Part shown: in pieces, positions 24,337-35,372 of the stretch
How positions within the stretch are numbered: position 1 is the stretch's first letter
Layout of the letters: each line of letters starts with the position of its first letter
Assembly (NCBI RefSeq): GCF_003918875.1
Contig: NW_025766736.1
Span: forward strand, 1 to 64,000
From: Haliotis rubra
Lineage: Eukaryota
Reading direction: 5' to 3'
Length of the DNA stretch: 64,000 nucleotides
The notes under the pieces: model-generated
The model's input: only the letters and a program-made list of their open reading frames with translations
Databases searched by the model: none
Told to the model about the DNA's origin: nothing
Made by a program: the position numbers and the translations under genes

Positions 24337-24629
24337 CTTGTAATACAGCGGCCGTGAAGAAGGTGGGGTGGCATAAGGGAGACTGTACGACTAATTAGCC
24401 CGCCAACAAACGCTACTAACTGACCGAGTATTGGTCATAGGTGTTGCATACGTTTTTCTGAAACTAACATTTTGAGTCTGTAAATACTCACTGCCATTAC
24501 AATAATGTGTTTTTAAATGTCCACTCATATTGCAATAAAGATTTACATTATATCTTCTGTATTTTCAGGTTAGAACGTTTGTTATTTGACCTTTCATTCC
24601 AGCATTGGGTAACTGGGAGATATGTGTAC

Positions 24630-24997
24630 ATGCCCACCATGTGGTGATGTGAGGTCCTGTGCATAGAGCACAGGTCACACATCAGTTGAAGTTAAGCACC
24701 GTTGGTCGAGGACTGTCCTTGATGGTTGACCGTGTTTGGCAGCTTGACTCAACTTTGAGTTTCTAGTGCTGTCCCACAACGAAGCACACGTGGCACAAGT
24801 GGTCTCATCTTAGGCACGTGAGTTTGTTCATGAATTGCCTCTCTTCACCCAGCAGTGAATGGGTACCCGATGGTATAAGTCATATGACTGTTTACCTTCT
24901 AGCGCCTCACAGGCAGCTTGAGTTATTTGGTAATAATGCGTTATTTGAGCATGCACAAGAGCGGGGAAACAGGTCCATTATAAATAGCCATTATTAT
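24630..24997 (+). mobile_element. Old SINE with a 5S rRNA-like segment, CORE-like middle and (TTA)n tail
   Basis: gaagttaagcaccgttggtcgagg...gatggttgacc resembles the 5S internal control region; ctcttcacccagcagtgaatgggtacc is CORE-like; ends tataaatagccattattat. Confidence 0.5.
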
Positions 24998-26682
24998 GTT
25001 TTACAGATTAAAGAGGAAAATGCAGCAGGGGGTTCGGGGGATCCTGGCACAGTCAGGCTGGTAAGGCTCTTCATCAGCTCAGGGCCCTCGCCCCCTCTAC
25101 ACGCAGCCCAGACAGCGAATGGGACTTCTCCCAGAAAACACTGCCTAGTCGAACCCACCAAGAACTTTCCGGAGAATATGAAGGCTCCCCAACACTGCAG
25201 CCTTCTGCATTACCCAGATTGTCAGAAGGGCCGTGCTCCCGGTGGAGAACCCGGGCACTCTCCTGATCTGCGCCAAGAGATCAGGAGGAACCAAACCAAG
25301 GGCACCGAGAACAATGGAGAGCCTGACGACAGTGTACTTGGGATGCAAGCGAGACATTTCAAATTCGAGGTACGCATATTTATCATGCTTTTCCTGAATC
25401 TTGCCAATCACATTGCTGTCAAAAGGAACAGAAAATTCAATGATATAAATAAATTCATTGGCTTTATCAACAAGCACAAGATCAGGTTTGTTGACTGGAA
25501 TTCTTCTGAGGCTGTATATGGGCCTATTCCACAGAAGTTTGAAAGCATCATTTTCCATGACGCCCTGGACATGTTCAGGGTCGTACCATGGATGGACCTC
25601 GGAGTCAAAGCCACAGGCATGGCGGAGACGGTAGTAAAAGCAGCGAGCCATGCCATCATGTCTCTTAAGGTATGCTGTTTGTGCCAAGGAAGGGCATCCA
25701 CTAACAAGGTGTTGGACAGTCTCTGTAAATTCATTACACAGTCGGCATTTCATATTGATATTTTCCTTAAGAATCACATTTTGGCGACTACGAGTGGGAA
25801 GTGACTGGTCCTGAGCAGCAAAAAGGAAGCCCTCAGTTTCACATTTGAGACTAGCCGACTTCATCCAGGCGAAGGAGTCGGTGGAACTGCTATTCTGTTC
25901 CACACCACTGCATGTACACACGGTGCAATGGCTTCTCAGAAAGCTTTTCCACAAAAGACCGACCCTGGGCAGATTTGGTGAAGGACTTCACTTGGTTTAC
26001 TCCCATCGCTTTACCGTCCAATAGTACATCGCCATCAGCAAAGTCAACCTCAAATTTCCGATTCTGTCCAACAACCTTGGCACGCTTAAAATAGCTGTGG
26101 AATTCCTTGCTTTCATCATGAGTTTTGACATGCATCAGCAGAGGATCATCCGATAAATAAATATGTGCAAAAGTACACAATACAATTCTATCATGAAGAG
26201 CCTCCACATTAATCAAACCCCTTCCTCCAGAGTTGATTGGCATATATAAACGGTTGAGAGAGGAACGAGGGTGGTGGGCTCTGTTATCAGACATGATCCT
26301 TCTGGTCAGACGGTCAAGACTCTGGATGTCTTGTTTTGTCCAATCAACTACTCCAAAGGAATAGGAGAGGACTGGCACAGCAAATGTATTGGTGGCCTTG
26401 ACCTTGTTTCGAGCATTTAGCTCTGAGCTCCAGATTTTCTTTAATCGAGATTTGTACTCGGCCAGAAGTTCTTTTTTAATTTGGGCATTCTGGAGGTTGT
26501 CTCGAACTTGCATTCCAAGATAGGTGTAGGCCTGATCTTCCACAAGATGCTCAATAACTCCTCCCCGCTGTAACTTGACCGATCCATCATTAGTTACCTT
26601 GCCACGTTTCAAATGAAGAGTATTACATTTGTCGAGTCCAAATGTCATGCCAATATCATTAGAAATGCCAATATCATTAGAA
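24998..26682 (-). mobile_element. 5'-truncated non-LTR retrotransposon with restriction-like endonuclease (R4/Dong clade): RT C-terminus, CCHC zinc knuckle and RLE; one frameshift near 25900
   Basis: ORFs 25890-26648 (FSNDIGMTFGLDKC, YTYLG, RLYMP...GGRGL) and 25145-25954 (CRLC...ETVQHLVSGC, RHD, KPDLVL...IIEFSVP...EKHDKY); flanked by TTA/TAA repeats. Confidence 0.9.
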
Positions 26683-27429
26683 ATTATTATTATTATTTTA
26701 CTTATTTGTTATTATTATTATTATCTGAGAGACAGATATATGAACATGTCCATGTCACAGAGACGTTCAGTGTTATTCGTCTGAGAGTTATCTGCGTGGT
26801 GTATCTTACATGTGACATCATTACATGTGTAAGTATAATTCGGCTTATATTACTGCGTGATAAGTAAAACTGTATTTCGTATGCCTTCTCCCGAGAAGTT
26901 GGTAAAGAAGTAATATGGATATGGAACTTGGGCATATTTGCCAAATAATTCAAGGAACTATCATATCACCGCACTACATGAGGTAAAGAAAATGTAATCT
27001 TAAACGAGAAGAGTTTCTCAAGTGAAAAGTATTGTCACTGAAAAGCATCATGTCAAAGAGTTAATAAAATCACCGAACAAAGGTAAAATCACAGTTCAGC
27101 TGAGATAAACCGACAGGAGTTACTTCCCTTCTTCCGTCCTGCATAGTTGGGAGTCCTTGACGACTCCGTTCAAGCATTATTGATGAACGGGTGGTAGTAG
27201 ATCTGAAACTTGGTCACTAATGTATCTTTTTGCCAGTCTTTGATTTGGACGGTATCGGGTCAGTAAGTAGGCATATTATGGTTCTACGCTACTTACGACG
27301 GGGAACCTCGGAAATGGGCGCCACACGCTTTGTATCCTTGTCAGGAATCGAACCCGGTTCATCGGCATGAGCGGAGTCACTGAACCAATTCTAATGTGAA
27401 TAACTTTCCCAGTCACAGCTATATGTGAT

Positions 27430-30205
27430 GGTTTTCTGTCCCACTCGTGTCGTCTAGAATACTGGTGATACCAGGTGATCTGGATGTGAGCATGTTCTGT
27501 CCCACCCGTGTGGTCTAGAATACTGGTGATACCAGGTGATCTAGATGTGAGCATGTTCTGTCCCACCCGTGTGGTCTAGAATACTGGTGATACCAGGTGA
27601 TCTGGATGTGAGCATGCTCTGTCCCACCCGTGTCGTCTAGAATACTGGTGATACCAGGTGATCTAGATGTGAGCATGTTCTGTCCCACCCGTGTCGTCTA
27701 GAATACTGGTGATACCAGGTGATCTAGATGTGAGCATGTTCTGTCCCACCCGTGTCGTCTAGAATACTGGTGATACCAGGTGATCTAGATGTGAGAATGC
27801 ACTGTCCCACCCGTGTCGTCTAGAATACTGGTGATACCAGGTGATCTAGATGTGAGGTGATGTTCTGAGCATGTTCTCCCACCCGTGTCGTCTAGAATAC
27901 TGGTGATACCAGGTGATCTAGATGTGAGAATGCACTGTCCCACCCGTGTGGTCTAGAATACTGGTGATACCAGGTGATCTAGATGTGAGCATGCTCTGTC
28001 CCACCCGTGTCGTCTAGAATACTGGTGATACCAGGTGATCTAGATGTGAGCATGCTTCTGTCCCACCCGTGTCGTCTAGAATACTGGTGATACCAGGTGA
28101 TCTAGATGTGAGCATGTTCTGTCCCACCCGTGTCGTCTAGAATACTGGTGATACCAGGTGATCTAGATGTGAGCATGTTCTGTCCCACCCGTGTCGTCTA
28201 GAATACCCACCCGTGTCGTCTAGAATACTGGTGATACCAGGTGATCTAGATGTGAGCATGTTCTGTCCCACCTGGTGATACCAGGTGATCTAGATGTGAG
28301 CATGCTCTGTCCCACCCGTGTCGTCTAGAATACTGGTGATACCAGGTGATCTAGATGTGAGCATGTTCTGTCCCACCCGTGTCGTCTAGAATACTGGTGA
28401 TACCAGGTGATCTAGATGTGAGCATGTTCTGTCCCACCCGTGTGGTCTAGAATACTGGTGATACCAGGTGATCTAGATGTGAGCATGTTCTGTCCCACCC
28501 GTGTCGTCTAGAATACTGGTGATACCAGGTGATCTAGATGTGAGCATGTTCTGTCCCACCCGTGTCGTCTAGAATACTGGTGATACCAGGTGTGATCTGA
28601 GATGTGAGTCATGCACTGTCCCAGATGTGAGCATGTGTCGTCTAGTAGAATACTGGTGATACCAGGTGATCTAGATGTGAGCATGTGAGTCTGTCCCACC
28701 CGTGTCGTCTAGAATACTGGTGATACCAGGTGATCTAGATGTGAGCATGTTCTGTCCCACCCGTGTCGTCTAGAATACTGGTGATACCAGGTGATCTAGA
28801 TGTGAGCATGCTGTGTCCCACCCGTGTCGTCTAGAATACTGGTGATACCAGGTGATCTAGATGTGAGCATGTTCTGTCCCACCCGTGTCGTCTAGAATAC
28901 TGGTGATACCAGGTGATCTAGATGTGAGCATGCTTCTGTCCCACCCGTGTCGTCTAGAATACTGGTGATACCAGGTACTGGTGATACCAAGATGTGAGCA
29001 TGTTCTGTCCCACCCGTGTCGTCTCTAGAATACTGGTGATACCAGGTGATCTAGATGTGAGCATGTTCTGTCCCACCCGTGTCGTCTAGAATACTGGTGA
29101 TACCAGGTGATCTAGATGTGAGCATGTTCTGTCCCACCCGTGTCGTCTAGAATACTGGTGATACCAGGTGATCTAGATGTGAGCATGTTCTGTCCCACCC
29201 GTGTCGTCTAGAATACTGGTGATACCAGGTGATCTAGATGTGAGCATGTTCTGTCCCACCCGTGTCGTCTAGAATACTGGTGATACCAGGTGATCTAGAT
29301 GTGAGCATGTTCTGTCCCACCCGTGTCGTCTAGAATACTGGTGATACCAGGTGATCTAGATGTGAGCATGCTCTGTCCCACCCGTGTCGTCTAGAATACT
29401 GGTGATACTAGATGTGGTGATCTAGATGTGAGCATGCTCTGTCCCACCCGTGTCGTCTAGAATACTGGTGATACCAGGTGATCTAGATGTGAGCATGTTC
29501 TGTCCCACCCGTGTCGTCTAGAATACTGGTGATACCAGGTGATCTAGATGTGAGCATGTTCTGTCCCACCCGTGTCGTCTAGAATACTGGTGATACCAGG
29601 TGATCTAGATGTGAGCATGTTCTGTCCTGTCCCACCCGTGTCGTCTAGAATACTGGTGATACCAGGTGATCTAGATGTGAGCATGTTCTGTCCCACCCGT
29701 GTCGTCTAGGAATACTGGTGATACCAGGTGATCTAGATGAGCATGTTCTGTCCCAGTGTGATCTAGAATACTGGTGATACCAGGTGATCTAGATGTGAGC
29801 ATGTTCTGTCCCACCCGTGTCGTCTAGAATACTGGTGATACCAGGTGATGATCTGAGATGTGAGCATGTTCTGTCCCACCCCCACCGTGTCGTCTAGAAT
29901 ACTGGTGATACCAGGTGATCTAGATGTGATGTGTCCCACCCGTGTCGTCTATGTGTCCCACCCGTGTCGTCTAGAATACTGGTGATAGCAGGTGATCTAG
30001 ATGTGAGCATGTTCTGTCCCACCCGTGTCGTCTAACATACTGGTGATACCAGGTGATCTAGATGTGAGCATGTTCTGTCCCACCCGTGTGGTCTAGAATA
30101 CTGGTGATACCAGGTGATCTAGATGTGAGCATGCTGTGTCCCACCCGTGTCGTCTAGAATACTGGTGATGCCAGGTGATCTGGTTATGAGCATTTTCTGT
30201 CCTAA
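27430..30205. repeat. 61-bp minisatellite (gagcatgttctgtcccacccgtgtcgtctagaatactggtgataccaggtgatctagatgt), ~45 copies
   Basis: One-base register shift per 60-nt line; near-identical units. Confidence 0.97.
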
Positions 30206-30689
30206 CTCGTATAATGGTCTACTCCCCACTTGAAGATGTCAAGCCAGAAAAATCATATATGTATTTCAAGATGTTTAAACCCCGACACACGCCAGGGACC
30301 CATCGTACCCATCAAGACCATTAGTGAGCGAATCAATAATGTCCCAGTCTGGACTCAGTACATGTTCTACAGTCACATGAAGATGTCAATCAAAGTGTCA
30401 TATATGTTTTTCCTATTCACCCAATGTGCACCACGACGAACTGACTTTTGTCGGTAGGACTGGACACTTTGCAGTCACCTTGGTAATCAAAGTACTTTTA
30501 CCTGTTCAGCAAATGTGCACCACAGAACTGTAATATATAATGTTTAACACTGAAGCATGGGTAATGCTATTAGTGTTCATTGTGAGTTGTTGTGTTTTCG
30601 TTGTCTGTGGTCATGGATTTGTAAGACTCTCGAAACACTAGTGAGGTTAATGAAATATAACACCTAGGAGGTGGGTTTCAGATTGAGTC

Positions 30690-31487
30690 TATGGCCAGGA
30701 ACAACTCCGTGATAATATTACACAGACATGATCATTTTTGATGAGGTAATTGACCTACACATGCATTAACCACTCCATACACGAAAAGCACGGAGGCGGA
30801 TTGGACAGCCTCAGTATTGAATGTTCTATACTTGAGTGGGAAAGAGTGTGTTGACGCCACTCTGAAGTTACGTGAATTGTACGTTCATCCAGCCTGCCGT
30901 ATTTCCCTAAATGTGCTAAAGGAACCGAACTGGACGTTCCGGAAAATAAGTTGTATTCAGTATTGCACTATCAAACGCAGATCTATTATTCCACAGCTCA
31001 TCACAGATCTATGTTTCTAAATATATTTACCATACATGGTATTAAGGGATCCTAAATATTCCTGTTAGAACTGCCATGGACTTTATCTGAATGAGAAACC
31101 TATCTTGAAAATTGCATTGAATGGTATTTGAGACGGACCAGGGAATGTAAGGTAATTCCTGATATGAAGTTATGTTTTATGTTTAGTGTCTTGAAGCAGG
31201 ACAAAGGTTCCATGGGTCCCAGAGTTATAAAATAATTGATAGAGGCGTTGATAGAGAATCCAATCAAGGAATATAGTGAGGTGTCAGGTTTACTTCTTTC
31301 ACAAGGGGTCGTTTTAGGAGATAGATTTGACAGGAGATCAGGATGCCTAATCGTAAACACACAGCAGGATACCAATCTCTCGTTAAAGGTTCCCACATGT
31401 CCAGTGTCTATGTACGAAGTGAGTACCGTTAATGATCCTATGTTTAGAAACACAGAAGCATCAAACGTTGGCATGTGTTCTGTGTAG
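30690..31487 (+). pseudogene. Possible decayed death-fold (CARD-like) protein-coding remnant
   Basis: Broken frames: TKSTEADWTASVLNVLYLSGKECVDATLKLRE; IKRRSIIPQLITDLCF*IYLPYMV; FSVLKQDKGSMGPRVIK*LIEALIEN. Pattern resemblance only. Confidence 0.25.
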
Positions 31488-31782
31488 GTGGCGTGGCTTC
31501 ATCACAAGATGTCTGAGGAAGAACTCATTGGAAATATCCGGCGAGGAGTTAAAAAAGAGACAAAACACTCTTTGATTCACACCTGGAATGAAAAAAGTGA
31601 CACAAACATTCCCTTCCGTTTGTCAATGATATTAGGTGCTCCTTAGGAAAGAATACTGACGAGTGAGTTGGGTTTAGCGTCGACAACTGACAGGTAGTAC
31701 AGGCACCTTGGAGGTTGTAAAATTTCACCACTTAGCAGAATCACACATACATGGGTATGGGGCGGACAAAGGATTTCAATTG

Positions 31783-32717
31783 GGGTTTATATGTGTAACG
31801 TGCTTTTCACCAATGCTGTCAGAAGGGCGCGTGACGAAGCAGTAAGTACAGATTCACGACTTACCTTGGCTCATTGACGATGCCCTTTTAACCTATGTTC
31901 AACGAGGCGATATATTCCACGTTCTGATGCCAATTGCAAAATTAATGATCTTCAGCAGCATCTCAGAACATAAAAGATAAGTGTCTGGACCTGTGACGTC
32001 ATCTAATTTACTCTAAGACCTTACTGTTGAGTTAACAGACACGTTGAGAGATATGTACAGAGCAAGCTCTGTCCCACCCGTGTCGTCTAGTATACTGGTG
32101 ATACAAGGTGACAAGGGTTTATATGTGTAATATGACTTTCACCAATGCTGTCAGAAGGGCGCATGGCGAAGCCATAACTACAGATTCACGACTTACCTTG
32201 GCTCATTGACGATGCCCTTTCAACCTATGTTCAACGAGGCGATACATTCCACGGTCTGATGCCAATTGCAAAATTAATGATCTTCAGCAGCATCTCAGAA
32301 CATAAAAGATAAGTGTCTGGACCTGTGACGTCATCTAATTTACTCTAAGACCTTACTGTTGAGTTAACAGACACGTTGAGAGACATGTACAGAGCAAGCT
32401 CTGTCCCACCCGTGTCGTCTAGTATACTGGTGATACAAGGAAACAAGGGTTTATACGTGTAATATGACTTTCACCAATGCTATCAGAAGGGCGCATGGCG
32501 AAGCCATAACTACAGATTCACGACTTACCTTGGCTCATTGACGATGCCCTTTCAACCTATGTTCAACGAGGCGATATATTCCACGTTCTGATGCCAAAAT
32601 TAATGATCTTCAGCAGCATCTCAGAACATAAAAGATAAGTGTCTGGACCTGTGACGTCATCTAATTTACTCTAAGACCTTACTGTTGAGTTAACAGACAC
32701 ATTGAGAGATATGTACA
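31783..32717. repeat. 332-bp tandem repeat, ~2.8 copies, each full unit ending in one monomer of the 61-bp minisatellite
   Basis: gggtttata starts at 31783, 32115 and 32447; ctgtcccacccgtgtcgtctagtatactggtgatac at ~32069 and ~32401. Confidence 0.93.
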
Positions 32718-32995
32718 ATCTTTCCCCACTGTAGTTAGTCTGTGTTTTTCTTTCATATCAGTTAAAGTACCTCAGGTTTCATGTGTTGGGAGAAAGAAAA
32801 AGCAAGCAAACATATTTGATACGAACGTGATCAGTGTCTTGGGACTGAAGGCACACCGGTAATGATGTACAACTGGTGGTTAAACGACACTACAGGGATT
32901 CATCCTGATATCTTGGTGCAAGTCTCATACCATCGGCGATAATGATATCGAGACCTCGTTTACCTGGAACAATAACTCATATTTTACCGATGGAG

Positions 32996-33238
32996 ACCCG
33001 TGAAGATCCGGGTTAGAATTGATCTTCAGTAACCCATGCATGTCGTAAGAGACGACTTAGGGGATCGGGTGGTCAGACTCGCTTACTTTGCTGACACATG
33101 CTATTGCATTACAATTGCGTAGATCGGTGCTCATGCTGTTGATCACTGGATTGTCTGGTCCAGACTTGATTATTTACAGACCGCCGCCATATAAGCTTAA
33201 ATACTTCTGTGTGCGGCGTAAAACTAAACTTACTCACT
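32996..33238 (+). mobile_element. SINE family B, full length, close to consensus
   Basis: acccgtgaagatccgggttagaattgatcttcagtaacccatgc...gcggcgtaaaactaaacttactcact. Confidence 0.9.
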
Positions 33239-33497
33239 ATTTTGCAGATGGTCTTTGACCACCGAATAAACGCAGATCGTATGTTAATCTGCTGTATACA
33301 GTTAGGCTAACGATTTTCTAGATCTCCCATTATGATTATCTTAATTCCTGTCACTCTACATTACCATACATGCATATACCTCGAACAATGTAAGGAGAGA
33401 CTTAACATTCGTATCTGTAGTTGATTTATGTTGAAATCTCAAAGCTGATGTCAGATTTCTTTCCGCAGATGCAACAAACAAATGTATGTCACTAAAC

Positions 33498-35154
33498 AAA
33501 TAACAGTGTCAGTTCCAATAGAAGTAGCCAGACGAAGAACGGACAAACAACCCATACAATAATAGTGTCAGTTCCAATAGATGTAGCCAGACGAAGACCG
33601 GACAAACAACCCATACAATAATAGTGTCAGTTCCAATAGATGTAGCCAGACGAAGACCGGACAAACAACCCATACAATAACAGTGTCAGTTCCAATAGAT
33701 GTAGCCAGACGAAGACCGGACAAACAACCCATACAATAACAGTGTCAGTTCCAATAGATGTAGCCAGACGAAGACCGGACAAACAACCCATACAATAACA
33801 GTGTCAGTTCCAATAGATGTAGCCAGACGAAGACCGGACAAACAACCCATACAATAACAGTGTCAGTTCCAATAGATGTAGCCAGACGAAGAACGGACAA
33901 ACAACCCATACAATAATAGTGTCAGTTCCAATAGATGTAGCCAGACGAAGACCGGACAAACAACCCATACAATAACAGTGTCAGTTCAATAGATGTAGCC
34001 AGACGAAGACCGGACAAACAACCCATACAATAACAGTGTCAGTTCCAGTAGATGTAGCCAGACGAAGACCGGACAAACAACCCATACAATAATAGTGTCA
34101 GTTCCAATAGATGTAGCCAGACGAAGACCGGACAAACAACCCATACAATAACAGTGTCAGTTCAATAGATGTAGCCAGACGAAGAACGGACAAACAACCC
34201 TTACAATAACAGTTTCATGTCCAAAAGATGTAGCCAGACGAAGAACGGACAAACAACCCATACAATAACAGTGTCAGTTCCAATAGATGTAGCCAGACGA
34301 AGACCGGACAAACAACCCATACAATAACAGTGTCAGTTCAATAGATGTAGCCAGACGAAGACCGGACAAACAACCCATACAATAACAGTGTCAGTTCCAA
34401 TAGATGTAGCCAGACGAAGACCGGACAAACAACCCATACAATAACAGTGTCAGTTCAAATAGATGTAGCCAGACGAAGACCGGACAAACAACCCATACAA
34501 TAACAGTGTCAGTTCCAATAGATGTAGCCAGACGAAGAACCGGACAAACAACCCATACAATAACAGTGTCAGTTCCAATAGATGTAGCCAGACGAAGACC
34601 GGACAAACAACCCATACAATAACAGTGTCAGTTCAATAGATGTAGCCAGACGAAGAACGGACAAACAACCCATACAATAACAGTGTCAGTTCCAATAGAT
34701 GTAGCCAGACGAAGAACGGACAAACAACCCATACAATAACAGTGTCAGTTCCAATAGATGTAGCCAGACGAAGACCGGACAAACAACCCATACAATAACA
34801 GTGTCAGTTCAATAGATGTAGCCAGACGAAGACCGGACAAACAACCCATACAATAACAGTGTGTCAGTTCCAATAGATGTAGCCAGACGAAGACCGGACA
34901 AACAACCCATACAATAACAGTGTCAGTTCAATAGATGTAGCCAGACGAAGACCGGACAAACAACCCATACAATAACAGTGTCAGTTCAAATAGATGTAGC
35001 CAGACGAAGACCGGACAAACAACCCATACAATAACAGTGTCAGTTCCAATAGATGTAGCCAGACGAAGACCGGACAAACAACCCATACAATAACAGTGTC
35101 AGTTCAATAGATGTAGCCAGACGAAGAACGGACAAACAACCCATACAATAATAG
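33498..35154. repeat. 59-bp minisatellite (aataacagtgtcagttccaatagatgtagccagacgaagaccggacaaacaacccatac), ~28 copies
   Basis: Minus-one register shift per line; 58-bp variants lack one C. Confidence 0.97.
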
Positions 35155-35372
35155 TTTGTTTGTTGTTTACGCCGCACTCAGCTATATTCCAGCTATATGG
35201 CAGTGGTCTGTAAATAATCAAGTCTGGACCAGACAATCATGTGATCAACAGCATGTGCATCGATCTACGCAATTGGGATACGATGACATGGGTCAATTAA
35301 GTCAGCGAGCCCGTTAGTCGCCTCTTGATATGACAAGCATGGGTTGCAAATTCTAACCCAGATCTTCACGAG
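35155..35372 (-). mobile_element. SINE family B abutting the 59-bp array
   Basis: Reverse-complement consensus ending ttctaacccagatcttcacg. Confidence 0.85.

Noticed and set aside
24685-24735. 5S rRNA gene
   Set aside because: Only a short diverged internal segment within a SINE-like element
24818-25804. 328-aa plus-strand ORF as a gene
   Set aside because: It is the antisense shadow of the retrotransposon ORF and crosses a SINE/LINE junction; no recognisable motifs
31860-31995. Minus-strand coding exon repeated in the 332-bp units (strong caag|gtaagt donor)
   Set aside because: Stop codons in all three frames and a weak acceptor
27430-35154. 61-bp and 59-bp arrays (and the 32-bp arrays) as CRISPR arrays
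   Set aside because: Head-to-tail near-identical units with no unique spacers, no cas genes, and a eukaryotic context
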